IMG/VR virus record: IMGVR_UViG_3300033141_003979
Coordinates: 45,771-109,770 of that record
Origin: a virus
DNA length: 64,000 nucleotides
Reading direction: 5' to 3' (one strand)
Positions within the stretch are counted from its first letter, which is position 1. Each line of letters starts with the position of its first letter. Both the position numbers and the translations under genes were made by a program. Below, piece after piece: positions 50,201 to 58,770 of the stretch. The notes beneath the pieces are model-generated. The model was not told the origin of the DNA and searched no databases. It saw only the letters and a program-made list of their open reading frames with translations.

Positions 50201-50669
50201 CTATGAAGAGGCCCCTGCAGGAGAATTGTTATGGGAAGAACTTGCATTATACGATCTAACAAGACGTATGTTCCATGTCACAAATATTGTTAAGTGTTAT
50301 CCAGGAAAGCAGATCAAGACCCCAACCGCTAAACATATCGTTGCCTGTAGTTCATGGCTAAAAGAAGAGTTCACCAAACTCCAACCAAGATTGGTATTAG
50401 CCATTGGAAATACATGTGTCAAGGCATTCACCGGGCAAGATGGTGGCATTCAAAAATTAAACGGCACAACTCAGTGGATAGAATCATTAGAGGCCTGGGT
50501 TTGCTGGTGCCTCCATCCAGCGGCAGTCAAGAGGGCAGGCAGTAATAGGGAATATTTTGAGAGAGGGATCAGGAATTTTTCAGCAAAGTTTGCTATATTG
50601 AAGCCTATAAAAACCAAAGGAGGATCTATTGATGATCCTTATAATATAGGAGATGATATCCCGTTTTAG
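47247..50669 (+). CDS. dnaE: DNA polymerase III alpha subunit fused to a C-terminal family-4 uracil-DNA glycosylase-like domain
   Basis: PHP (HTHNEFSYLDG, ITDHG, TNDCHY), GPGRGS, PDIDLDF, KLDVLGL, YGFNRAH; then CRNCEL, IGEAAG..ED..G..F, TNIVKC, LHPAA. Confidence 0.93.
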   Translation: MTGFCHIHTHNEFSYLDGFGSAKHYIAKAKELGMLAIAITDHGVVDGCIEWQKECDKQEMGCILGVEAYIVPDANIKKKEDKPAHITILVRNTAGWIELCKLLTRANLTGFYRKPRLDFNTLLNADLSGLIILTGCSNSFLNLPGGIETLKEMQDRMKGRIYLEIMPHDFPVQYEHNNLIQKLHEKHDIPLVATNDCHYIEEEDWEAQEILLAIQTKAKWDDPKRWRFGIKGLHLRTEREMLFAFRKHSFSSKQIEQAIGNTVKIAKLCCEFRIPKQEISLPSPYDKINDNKFLDKLCWQQIDKEKLDDDYQNRYLHEYRLIKKKKFARYFLIVYDIIQHCHREGIAVGPGRGSIGGSLIAYLLGITQVDPIKFHLSFARFISENRIDWPDIDLDFETRHREKVREYLCDKYGNNNICGISTEMKMKSKAALRDVGRVFDIPAADVDEVTKAIRQKEHEHGSGIQSVIDKTKEGERFARKYPKIVKFAKKMEGHVRGSGQHAAAVIISDEDLSEGKKCVLVRRKDRIVCNWNMKDCEYVGLMKLDVLGLSTLSVLAESERLIQDIPLERFNLNDTPLDDKKVFDLINKGGTAGMFQISATPTTILCKEMGVNNFEDIVAAIALVRPGPADSGMTEKYLKRKHGEAWEKKHQIYEEITKHTYGIPVYQEQIMQIISRVAGLSESTADEIRKVIGKKRDPKEFELYRKQFKKGCKKAKTLSEKEADDFWKGLLKWASYGFNRAHSVSYALIGYWTGWLKANYPAEFICASLSYGDFDDKSSDLAKQKKPLLEEIIKLGITIMPPKKDLSDPTRWTVKNNRLYVPFIEIIGVGETQAQKCAQSKNTQTRLKSFFGKEYLPEKKNKIDTILDELKVFDPEVIPSSKVLSRYLPFSIEKEESYCGLKEVLGFSFPRKEIPKWKTLYIPKYRLPPGLIRQARFRNSNLTKCRNCELVNECRAPVMPSCGMFNVMIIGEAAGPQEDEYGRGFYEEAPAGELLWEELALYDLTRRMFHVTNIVKCYPGKQIKTPTAKHIVACSSWLKEEFTKLQPRLVLAIGNTCVKAFTGQDGGIQKLNGTTQWIESLEAWVCWCLHPAAVKRAGSNREYFERGIRNFSAKFAILKPIKTKGGSIDDPYNIGDDIPF

Positions 50670-50680
50670 GGGACAGGAAT

Positions 50681-50953
50681 ATGACTCGACTAAGAAAAAT
50701 AATTGAAGATCTCAGAAGAGAGACCAAAAAGATTGAAAGATTCAAAGATGAAATAGAAGAATTAAAAGACGAGATTGAAAGGCAAGAAAGTGAGATTGCA
50801 GATTTTGAAGAAGAGGAAGAAGAAGAAATTACATATGAAGAAGAAATACTAGAATCAATCCTTGATTTTTGTTTTAATTGTCCTTTGAAAGATATCTTCC
50901 CAAAATGCAACCTCTGTTATCTGAACAAATGGAAAATAGAAAATGAAAGTTAA
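50681..50953 (+). CDS. Coiled-coil/Cys hypothetical protein
   Basis: 90-aa ORF. Confidence 0.6.
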   Translation: MTRLRKIIEDLRRETKKIERFKDEIEELKDEIERQESEIADFEEEEEEEITYEEEILESILDFCFNCPLKDIFPKCNLCYLNKWKIENES

Positions 50954-51052
50954 AATCTGTCCAAAATGTTTTTCACGCATGGTTAAGCTAGAATTAATCT
51001 GGATTTGCTCACAGTGCCAACATGTTATCATAAAGACAAAAGAAGAAATAGT

Positions 51053-51970
51053 ATGCGAATAATAATTGATGCAAACAACATCGGATATGCAATGTTCCAT
51101 GCCATGGGACCGGACAAGATTGCCTTCGGATTCCTCAAGCAAATTGTAGCTCTGTCAAAGACTTTTGAAACAAACAGATTCATTTTCTGCTGGGATTCAA
51201 AACATTCTTATCGCAAAACCTTATACCCTGCCTATAAAAGCAACAGGAGAAAGGACCTAGACCCATTTCAACAAAGTCAGTTAAAACTTGCCTTCCAGCA
51301 ATTTAATAAACTGAGGGAAGAAATCCTCCCGGCCTTGGGATTCCAAAATGTCTTCATGCAAGATGGCTACGAGGCAGACGATCTCATCGCCTGGATAACA
51401 TATCGATGCCCAGATCAGACTACCATAGTCAGTTCAGATCATGACCTCTGGCAATTGCTCACAGACGACAAATTCAATCCTGTTCAAATCTATACAGTTG
51501 CTAAAAAGAAAACATTTACTGTTGCCGGCTTCAGATTGGGTTGTGAAGGATTAGAACCTACGGAATGGGCAACTGTCAAGGCTATGGCTGGATGCTCCGG
51601 CGATAATGTTGCCGGGATAGTGGGGGTAGGGGAATTGACCGCTATACGATATCTTACTGGATTATTGCCAGACGGGAAAATAAAAAAGAAGATTGATACA
51701 CCTGAATCAAAAGAACTGATAACAAGGAATCTTCCTTTGGTCTTTTTGCCATTTGGAGGAGAGGCCCCGATTCAAATCTCACTTGATGAGAAAGAGGTCT
51801 TTTCCAAAGAGGGCTTAAAGAGGGTGTTTAGAGAACTAGGATTCATGTCATTTCTGAAAGGGGACGTTGAACAGTGGGGCCAGTTTCATGGCAAGGGAGG
51901 AAAGAAGCAAAAACAAGAAATTGACAAACCTGAATCAATCAGTGGAACAATCAAAGCATTTACATTATAA
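51053..51970 (+). CDS. 5'-3' exonuclease / flap endonuclease
   Basis: IIDAN, WDSK.SYRK.LYPAYK.NR, YEADDLIA, SSDHDLWQL, DNVAGIVGVGE.TA. Confidence 0.92.
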   Translation: MRIIIDANNIGYAMFHAMGPDKIAFGFLKQIVALSKTFETNRFIFCWDSKHSYRKTLYPAYKSNRRKDLDPFQQSQLKLAFQQFNKLREEILPALGFQNVFMQDGYEADDLIAWITYRCPDQTTIVSSDHDLWQLLTDDKFNPVQIYTVAKKKTFTVAGFRLGCEGLEPTEWATVKAMAGCSGDNVAGIVGVGELTAIRYLTGLLPDGKIKKKIDTPESKELITRNLPLVFLPFGGEAPIQISLDEKEVFSKEGLKRVFRELGFMSFLKGDVEQWGQFHGKGGKKQKQEIDKPESISGTIKAFTL

Positions 51971-51991
51971 GGAGGATAATTAAAATAATCC

Positions 51992-52020
51992 TTGATTTAA
52001 TTATAAAAATACTATATATT
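51992..52020 (+). promoter_or_regulatory. Sigma70-like promoter of endonuclease cassette 1
   Basis: TTGATT-N17-TATATT. Confidence 0.6.
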
Positions 52021-52025
52021 TATGT

Positions 52026-52128
52026 TAGATAATAAAGTAACAAATCATTCAAATTTCAGGCTTGAGAATCTTCATATTGCGAAGTATGAAGGCGTTGTTA
52101 CTAACGTTATCTGTTCTCAGGCCTTTTT
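52026..52128 (+). ncRNA. c4 antisense-like three-way-junction RNA, copy 1
   Basis: P1 AGGCTTGAGAA/TTCTCAGGCCT, P2 with GCGA tetraloop, P3 GCGTT/AACGT, U-tract; upstream complementary sites TAGATAA and AGTAACAA. Confidence 0.7.
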
Positions 52129-52144
52129 ATTTGGAGAGTCTAAT

Positions 52145-53074
52145 ATGGGTGAAAATAAAAGAATTTTAGGTGTTTGTTTTTATTGTGGAAAGAATGCATT
52201 TTATAGATTTAAAAATGGGAAATTATGTTGTAGCAATAATGTTTCTAAATGCCCAACCGTAAGAAAAATCAATAGTGAAAAAAATAAATTTAAATTTTGT
52301 AAAATTGAACATGCTAAAAGAAAAGCAGAAGGAGGACCGATATGTGCATGTGATTGTGGCAACAGAACAAAATGGAATAAAGACAAAGGAGAATATAATA
52401 AATATATAAATGGACATTGGGTTCGACATAACAATCCTAGTCGTGGTAAAGATAAATATGCTAAAAAAAAGAGAAGAAGGAGCCCATTATGTAAATGTAT
52501 CCCTCAATGCGGACAAAGAACAAAATGGAATCCTTGCACAGGAAAATATGATGATTATATCAAATATCACCATTTAAAAGGAGCCAAAAGAGACAAAAAG
52601 TTTTGTGAAAATCAATCTAAAAGAATGATTAAAAATAACCCTATGCAAAAACCAGAAATTGCTAAAAAGCAATCAGAAAGTTTAAAGGCGTTAGGTGACG
52701 ATCATCCATCAAGAAGACTAGAGCACCGCAAAAGAACATCTGAATATGCATTAAATGGGCATGCAACCTATATGTGTTCTTGCAATTCAAATCCATCTAA
52801 GCCACAAGCAGTATTATTTGAATTGATTAAATCTTTATACTCAACTGCTATACTCAATCATCCATCCTTAAATTTTTCTATTGATATAGCCATTCCTGAT
52901 CTAAATATTGCTATTGAATATGATGAGCCGTATTGGCATGATTTTGAAAAGGATAAAATAAGACAAAGAAAATTAGAGACAATAGGATGGAGATTTTTAA
53001 GATATATAAGTTATGTACCCACCATCAATGAATTAAAAAATAATATTTTAAATATAATTAACAAGGAGGGATAA
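52145..53074 (+). CDS. Free-standing endonuclease (Cys motifs + DUF559/Vsr-like PD-(D/E)xK domain)
   Basis: CACDCG..TKWN; C-terminal IDIAIP..NIAIEYDEPYWH...D..RQ..L...GWRFLR. Confidence 0.8.
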   Translation: MGENKRILGVCFYCGKNAFYRFKNGKLCCSNNVSKCPTVRKINSEKNKFKFCKIEHAKRKAEGGPICACDCGNRTKWNKDKGEYNKYINGHWVRHNNPSRGKDKYAKKKRRRSPLCKCIPQCGQRTKWNPCTGKYDDYIKYHHLKGAKRDKKFCENQSKRMIKNNPMQKPEIAKKQSESLKALGDDHPSRRLEHRKRTSEYALNGHATYMCSCNSNPSKPQAVLFELIKSLYSTAILNHPSLNFSIDIAIPDLNIAIEYDEPYWHDFEKDKIRQRKLETIGWRFLRYISYVPTINELKNNILNIINKEG

Positions 53075-53076
53075 AA

Positions 53077-54024
53077 ATGTCTCTGTATCAGGATTATCGG
53101 CCAAAAAATTTCGGTGAGATTGTTGGAAATAAAACAACCATCAATACAATAAAAAATAAAATTTATGGGGAAGACCCACCGCATGCAATTATTTTACACG
53201 GTCCAAGAGGATGTGGAAAAACTACTATCGCCAGAATTATATCAGAAGAATTAGGATGTAAAATTAAAAGTAACGATTTTGTTGAACTTGATGCTGTTCA
53301 AACGGGAGGAATTGATACAGCTAGAGAAGTTAGGCAAAATATGAATTTTTTACCAATGGAATCAAAATGTAGGGTTTGGCTTATTGATGAGGCTCAAGAT
53401 GCTTCAGGCAAATTCCAAGCTGGTCTTTTAAAAGCATTAGAAAGCGGCCCAGCCCATTGTTATTTTATTTGGTGTACTACAGATTTAAGTAAAATTATTA
53501 CAACTGTTAAATCAAGATGTACTCAATGGAAGGTTAATTTATTAAAAGACTCACAAATAGAAAAATTGATTGCATGGGTTCTAAAAGGGGAAGAGTTTAC
53601 AATCGACCAGAAGATAATTGATGAAATTATTGCCGCCTCCGAAGGTTGCCCAAGAGAGGCTCTAGTGACTCTAGATCAAATCATTGACCTAGAGCCTGAT
53701 AAAATGATTAATGCCATCCAGCAGACCAAAGCCGACAGGGAAAGCAAGGAATTATGTCAGGCTCTACTCAAGAAAGAATCATGGCCGAGGCTAGCAACAA
53801 TTATCAAAGGCCTTGATCCCTCTAATCCTGAAAGTATCCGGCGAGCTGTGATTGGGTATATGGCAAATGTGGCTCTGGATAAGCAGGGGTATAACAAAGG
53901 GAACAAGGAAAGATGGGAAGGAGTGGCTGTACGAGCAGCTCTTGTGTTTGATTGTTTTGAAAAACCTGTCTTTTATACCGGTATGGGAGGGATTACATTT
54001 GCGGCCTATAACACAACTTTATAG
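53077..54024 (+). CDS. dnaX: Clamp loader, DnaX (gamma/tau)-like AAA+ ATPase
   Basis: LYQDYRP..F.EIVG, GPRGCGKTT, IDEAQ, SRC, EGCPREA. Confidence 0.9.
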   Translation: MSLYQDYRPKNFGEIVGNKTTINTIKNKIYGEDPPHAIILHGPRGCGKTTIARIISEELGCKIKSNDFVELDAVQTGGIDTAREVRQNMNFLPMESKCRVWLIDEAQDASGKFQAGLLKALESGPAHCYFIWCTTDLSKIITTVKSRCTQWKVNLLKDSQIEKLIAWVLKGEEFTIDQKIIDEIIAASEGCPREALVTLDQIIDLEPDKMINAIQQTKADRESKELCQALLKKESWPRLATIIKGLDPSNPESIRRAVIGYMANVALDKQGYNKGNKERWEGVAVRAALVFDCFEKPVFYTGMGGITFAAYNTTL

Positions 54025-54033
54025 AAAATAAAC

Positions 54034-54063
54034 TTTTGAAACTTTGATATTTTCTTATAATAA
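54034..54063 (+). promoter_or_regulatory. Repeated phage promoter-like motif, copy 3
   Basis: Identical 30-mer. Confidence 0.75.
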
Positions 54064-54091
54064 GACATAAGAAGGAGAAAGAAAAGAGGCA

Positions 54092-54577
54092 ATGGTAACC
54101 GCACGTAAACAGATTGGATGTAAACTCAATGCTGAATTGTGGATGCAAATTAAGATATTAGCACTGAAGAAAGGTATCACAAGTGGAGAGATGCTTGAGA
54201 TGGCGATGAAGGAATATCTTGAATTGAAAGATTGGACAGCTCGCATGACAATCTCCACAAAAAAAATAATAAATATAGAACTTCATGAAGAACCACCACT
54301 ATGTGAATGTGGATGCAGAGAGAAAGTGATATTAGGTACAAATGGAAGGTGGAATAGATTTATCCCCGGACATCATGCTCATGGTAAAAGAGGCCCAAAT
54401 TCTCCTAATTGGAAAGGAGGAATAGCAGATTATGAAAAGATGAAAAGTCTTGCTAAAAAACGAGATATTCCAATAGGAAAATTAAAAGAAAGACTCAGAC
54501 AAATGGCATTAAGTACTATAACTCAAACAACTAAGGAGGTTGAACAATGCCGACAATTACAGAACATATTAAGTTAG
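54092..54577 (+). CDS. Ribbon-helix-helix-like protein fused to a CxCGC domain
   Basis: RKQIGCKLNAELW..IK.LA...G.....LE.A..YL; PLCECGC...WNRFIPGH; NWKGG. Confidence 0.6.
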   Translation: MVTARKQIGCKLNAELWMQIKILALKKGITSGEMLEMAMKEYLELKDWTARMTISTKKIINIELHEEPPLCECGCREKVILGTNGRWNRFIPGHHAHGKRGPNSPNWKGGIADYEKMKSLAKKRDIPIGKLKERLRQMALSTITQTTKEVEQCRQLQNILS

Positions 54578-55116
54578 TAAAAAATTTCAAAGTACAATCA
54601 AATGAAAGTACTCTGAAAATTCATAATATTCTATTAGATATTAAGGACGGGCAATTCTGGAAGAGTAAAAACTATTACAAAGATCAAGCTGCTTATACCT
54701 ACAAAGAACATAGCAAGATGGATTTTAACTTGTTTATTGAGGCCGTTTTTGGCAAGAGCGGAATGTGGTTCAAATCTATAGAAAGAATTTTATCGCTTGA
54801 TAATGGAGAAGAACTTTTACTGAAGCATGGACGCAGCAATATGGTTACATATTATGATAGTACAAATGAGGAAAGAGTAGCTATCCTGACAGCAATAGAG
54901 AGTGGGCGAAAACTTGCTCGTTTTAATGCAGTGAAAAGAGAACTATATCCAGCTATCAAATCCTCTTCTATTACTAATATCTGGGAACGGAAATATAAGG
55001 AAATAAAAAAGAAGTATAAAATAATGGAAAAAGAATATAAGGCACTAAAACAGGAATTTAACAATTACAAAAAGAAGGTTGAATTTCTCATGGATGGAAT
55101 AAGAAAAGTAGCCTAA
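54547..55116 (+). CDS. Hypothetical protein with C-terminal coiled coil
   Basis: SD AAGGAGG. Confidence 0.7.
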   Translation: MPTITEHIKLVKNFKVQSNESTLKIHNILLDIKDGQFWKSKNYYKDQAAYTYKEHSKMDFNLFIEAVFGKSGMWFKSIERILSLDNGEELLLKHGRSNMVTYYDSTNEERVAILTAIESGRKLARFNAVKRELYPAIKSSSITNIWERKYKEIKKKYKIMEKEYKALKQEFNNYKKKVEFLMDGIRKVA

Positions 55117-55120
55117 TATC

Positions 55121-55150
55121 TTTTGAAACTTCGATATTTTCTTATAATAA
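55121..55150 (+). promoter_or_regulatory. Repeated phage promoter-like motif, copy 4
   Basis: One mismatch to the 30-mer; shares AAACATAACCCAAAA downstream with copy 2. Confidence 0.75.
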
Positions 55151-55196
55151 GACATAAGAAACATAACCCAAAAATAGAAGGAGAAGGAGTAATCAT

Positions 55197-55688
55197 ATGC
55201 CAGAATTCAACTTTGAGGAAGATGTGGCAATTGACCTAGATGATCTGCATGAAGAATGGAGAAGCCATGCTCAACTACGGCATAAATATGCCTCAGAAGT
55301 TTCGCATCTAGAAACTGTGGCTAAAAAAGCACATGAGAAAGTTAAGATCACTCGGTCAAGGCTGATTCGAGAAGCCAAAGAATTAAAATTATCAAGTGCT
55401 GATTTGCGAGAAGCATATTACCGGGAACATAAAGATCACATCACCGCTAAGAATAATCAAACAGATGCAGAATATAATCTAAGCATGGCATGGAATGCCG
55501 TGAAATCTATGGATGATCGGAAAGTTGCCCTTGAAAAAGAAGTTTCTCTTTGGAAAGGAAACTACTTCGCTACCCCAAGAGAACATAGGGATGTTGAGCC
55601 AGGTAAACGGGTCATAGATACAGGCAGGGCTGAAGCAGAAGCCAAACAACGGGAAGGCCTTAACAAGAGAGTTCGAAAAGATGCCTGA
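55197..55688 (+). CDS. UvsY-like recombination mediator
   Basis: D.AID.DDL.EEW...helical protein ending W..NYF.TP; upstream of SSB/RecA. Confidence 0.6.
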   Translation: MPEFNFEEDVAIDLDDLHEEWRSHAQLRHKYASEVSHLETVAKKAHEKVKITRSRLIREAKELKLSSADLREAYYREHKDHITAKNNQTDAEYNLSMAWNAVKSMDDRKVALEKEVSLWKGNYFATPREHRDVEPGKRVIDTGRAEAEAKQREGLNKRVRKDA

Positions 55689-55789
55689 TCTTTCTGATCT
55701 TCTAACAAATGTAGGTTTATTTATCGGAGGGATCATTCTTATAGGAATATTATCAAGAATAGTATCAAAAGTAGTTTTCAAAACCTTTT

Positions 55790-56926
55790 ATGAGGAGAAG
55801 AAAAAAAATGAGCAAGACAAAAGCAGAAGAGAGAAGAGAAAAATTACGGAACAGAAGTAGACAGGCCGTCAAGACTAGAGATCAGAAAGGTTTGGGGAAG
55901 AAGTCGGCACTCGATTGGGCAAGGCTTGTAGGAAAGAAACCTCCAAATTTCATCCCTACGACTGGAAAGGATAATCTAAATCTGATTGACATCTTGCCAT
56001 TTGTTATTACACAATCCTGGTATAAAGATCTGCGAACATTCTCAGGCCTAACAACCAATCTAGAAGTTGGTGACTGGGATTATAAATTGGAGATCCCAGT
56101 GCATAAAAATGTAGGGGAAGACAACGATACCTTCCTTTGCCTCCGTCTAGCCTTTGGAAAGAAATGCCCTCTCTGTGAGGAAATGTTTAAAGAATATGAA
56201 AAAGACAATCCTGATGAAAAAAAGATCAAACCATTGAAGCCATCCTGGCGGGATTATTTCAATATCTATGATTACAACGATGAAGACAAAGATCTCCAGG
56301 TTTGGGAAGATGTCAGTTATCATCTTTTTGAGAAGTACTTTCTTGCAGAGGCAGACGAGGGGGAGAATACTATCCTATATAGCGACATTGAGGAAGGAAA
56401 AACTATTGAGATCAAGGCTCAGGATAAAACTATAGGTTCAGGGAAACCATTTCCTGAAGCCCAAAATATTGAATTCAAAAATAGGGATAAATACGAAGAA
56501 GAAATTGTCAATGATACTGTTTCTTTTGATTCCTTAGTCAAGATTCCTACATTTGAAGATGTCTCACGAATCCATCGTGGACTAGAAGATGAAGGAACCC
56601 CTGACCAAGAAAAAGTACCAGCAGGGGAAGAACCTCCTGCTCCATCAGGAAGAAGGCGACAAACCAGGCAACAACCAGCAAAAGAGGAAAACCCTCCGTC
56701 TGAAACACAGGATCAAGACCAGGCCTCCGGCCCTGCCTGCCCATACAAAAAAGTATTTGGGGCAGATTGTGATCCGACCGCAGATGAATGCAAAAAATGT
56801 CCGGAGGAAACTTTCAGTACCTGTGCCGATAAGTTGGATGAGATAGAAAAAGGTGAGAAGGAAACCCCTCCGCCGCCTGCAACTACCACGCGTCGTAGAA
56901 GGCAACAGCCAGGCAATAGAAGGTAA
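55790..56926 (+). CDS. gp32-like single-stranded DNA-binding protein with extended C-terminus
   Basis: IDILPF, VH..VG....FLC...GKKCPLCE, LKP..R..FN; context. Confidence 0.6.
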   Translation: MRRRKKMSKTKAEERREKLRNRSRQAVKTRDQKGLGKKSALDWARLVGKKPPNFIPTTGKDNLNLIDILPFVITQSWYKDLRTFSGLTTNLEVGDWDYKLEIPVHKNVGEDNDTFLCLRLAFGKKCPLCEEMFKEYEKDNPDEKKIKPLKPSWRDYFNIYDYNDEDKDLQVWEDVSYHLFEKYFLAEADEGENTILYSDIEEGKTIEIKAQDKTIGSGKPFPEAQNIEFKNRDKYEEEIVNDTVSFDSLVKIPTFEDVSRIHRGLEDEGTPDQEKVPAGEEPPAPSGRRRQTRQQPAKEENPPSETQDQDQASGPACPYKKVFGADCDPTADECKKCPEETFSTCADKLDEIEKGEKETPPPPATTTRRRRQQPGNRR

Positions 56927-56931
56927 TCCTG

Positions 56932-57138
56932 ATGTCTAAAATTGAATATATCACATCTACTGAGGCCCTAGAAATCATCAAGAGGAGTTGGTTAGCTGAG
57001 TCAGGGGGATATAAACCTAATCTTACTACTCTAATTGGATGGGTCAAAAAATATAATCTTGGATTCAAGTTTGCAGGCAAATACAGGATTGATAAGGTAA
57101 AGCTCATTGGGTTCTTGAAACAAGGGGAATCAAAGTGA
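56932..57138 (+). CDS. Small MerR/excisionase-type HTH protein
   Basis: ITSTEA...TLIGWVK...G.K.AGKYRID. Confidence 0.6.
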   Translation: MSKIEYITSTEALEIIKRSWLAESGGYKPNLTTLIGWVKKYNLGFKFAGKYRIDKVKLIGFLKQGESK

Positions 57139-57148
57139 TACCCAACCC

Positions 57149-57379
57149 CGTTATATATCTAGAGTACGACCTGCATATCGTCAGACAGCCTTTGGTTTTA
57201 AAAACGTTGAAACCGGGAACCTCCGGCCTAACTAGGTATATAACGGTTTTATATAATTGGATTGGGCATGCGGGGAACGATGAATAAACCGTCGGGGTAG
57301 GGAAGCCTACTCAATTTGATACGGTCTCGTTGTGATAAACCCTGTCCCAAGTGCTACATCGTCGCTAGGATCATGCCCA
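57149..57379 (+). ncRNA. Candidate two-domain structured RNA upstream of recA
   Basis: Closing stems CCGTTATATATCTAG/CTAGGTATATAACGG and TGGGCATG/CATGCCCA with nested hairpins; no ORF in the gap. Confidence 0.5.
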
Positions 57380-57404
57380 TTCAAAAAAGAAGAAAGAAAA
57401 TCCT

Positions 57405-58565
57405 ATGATGAAAAGACGTAGACAATCACCTAGCCTAACACAACAGGTAGAGGAATCAGCAGAAAAGAAGGTTGAGAGAATAGGAGATGGGATTGGACCA
57501 GATCCTAAAACCATCACCCCGGACAGACTTATTCCAAGCGGGGTTACATTGCTGAATTGTGCCTGTAGTGATAATCCCAGAGGGGCATTCGCTAAAGGAA
57601 CAATCAATACTATACCTGGAAAATCTGCCAGCGGAAAAACCATTTTAATGCTCAATACATTGGCCGCTTGTGCCTCAACACCAGATTTTGACAGTTATGA
57701 ATTAATTTTAGATGATGCTGAAGAAGCACAAGAATTTGATCTTGATTATCTATTCCCTATATTGGCTGGCAGATTAAAGGCCCCAAGATATGATATCAAA
57801 GGTTTGCCAATCCATAGTAACACTATTGAAGATTTTGAAGGCAATATGCTGTTGAAATGCAAATCTGGCAAGCCTTTTATTTATGTACTGGATAGTTTGG
57901 ATACATTATCGTCAACGGCAGAATTAGAACGAGAATATGCCAATGCCAAAAAGAATGCCAAAACATCCGAAGAAAAGGAAAAAGCCAAACAATCATATGG
58001 CACTGAAAAGGCACGAATTATTAGCCAGACATTAAGAATGGTCAACGGCAAGATAAAAAATAGTGATAGTGCTTTATTTCTTGTCCAACAAACAAAACAA
58101 AATATGAATAGAATTTCTAAATTTCAACCAGACTGGGTAACATCCGGCGGGGAAGCCCCATTCTTTTATTCTTTTCATAGAATATATACCAATTCCTTTA
58201 AAAGCCATACAGGGGAATCAAAAGGAATAAAACATAAAATAGGAGGGCGAACCCAAGCACAAGTTGTCAAAAATAAATTAAATGGTAAAAAACGAACCGT
58301 TGAATTTGATATATATGAAGATCTGGGAATTGATGATCTTGCTAGCAATATTGATTTTTTGAAGAGAACAGGCAAGATCAAAATCAGTGGGGCTTTCATG
58401 TTATTCCCTGAAATACTAGGAACTGAAAGAATGTATCGGGTGGACTTAATTAAACATATTGAAAAAGAAAATCTTGAAACTGTAATACAAGATATCGTTG
58501 GAGAAGAATGGAATCAAATTGAACGTGATATCCGGTTATCAGATCGGAAAAGACGATTTTGTTGA
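57405..58565 (+). CDS. RecA/UvsX-like recombinase
   Basis: IPSG..LLN, GKSASGKT, DAEEA, VLDSLD, TSGG.A..FY, VVKNK. Confidence 0.88.
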   Translation: MMKRRRQSPSLTQQVEESAEKKVERIGDGIGPDPKTITPDRLIPSGVTLLNCACSDNPRGAFAKGTINTIPGKSASGKTILMLNTLAACASTPDFDSYELILDDAEEAQEFDLDYLFPILAGRLKAPRYDIKGLPIHSNTIEDFEGNMLLKCKSGKPFIYVLDSLDTLSSTAELEREYANAKKNAKTSEEKEKAKQSYGTEKARIISQTLRMVNGKIKNSDSALFLVQQTKQNMNRISKFQPDWVTSGGEAPFFYSFHRIYTNSFKSHTGESKGIKHKIGGRTQAQVVKNKLNGKKRTVEFDIYEDLGIDDLASNIDFLKRTGKIKISGAFMLFPEILGTERMYRVDLIKHIEKENLETVIQDIVGEEWNQIERDIRLSDRKRRFC

Positions 58566-58584
58566 TAATAAAAAAGGGGGAGTT

Positions 58585-58770
58585 ATGAAAAATCGCAGAA
58601 TTGAAGTGAGAATGGGAAAGACTGTCAATCTGGGCAATTTTGAATCATTTAGACTTGATATAGGTATGGCAGCAGACATATCCGATGAAGAAGATATTGA
58701 CCTAAAATATGATAAAATGGTTAAGATTGTTGAAAACAAATTGGATGAAGAGATAAAACCCAGTGAATAA
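58585..58770 (+). CDS. Small conserved phage protein
   Basis: KTVNLGNFES.R.D motif; SD GGGGGAG. Confidence 0.65.
   Translation: MKNRRIEVRMGKTVNLGNFESFRLDIGMAADISDEEDIDLKYDKMVKIVENKLDEEIKPSE

Noticed and set aside
52022-52144. ORF-track N-terminal extensions of the two endonucleases (also 60910-61059) as true starts
   Set aside because: The starts lie within or immediately after the promoter boxes and overlap the structured RNA; SD-like sequences precede ATG 52145 and 61060
39097-55150. CRISPR array from the 30-bp repeats
   Set aside because: Copies are kilobases apart, intergenic and promoter-like; no spacers or cas genes
57149-57246. tRNA or tRNA-Sec in the structured gap
   Set aside because: No TTCRA T-loop, no CTTCAAA anticodon loop and no acceptor/CCA end
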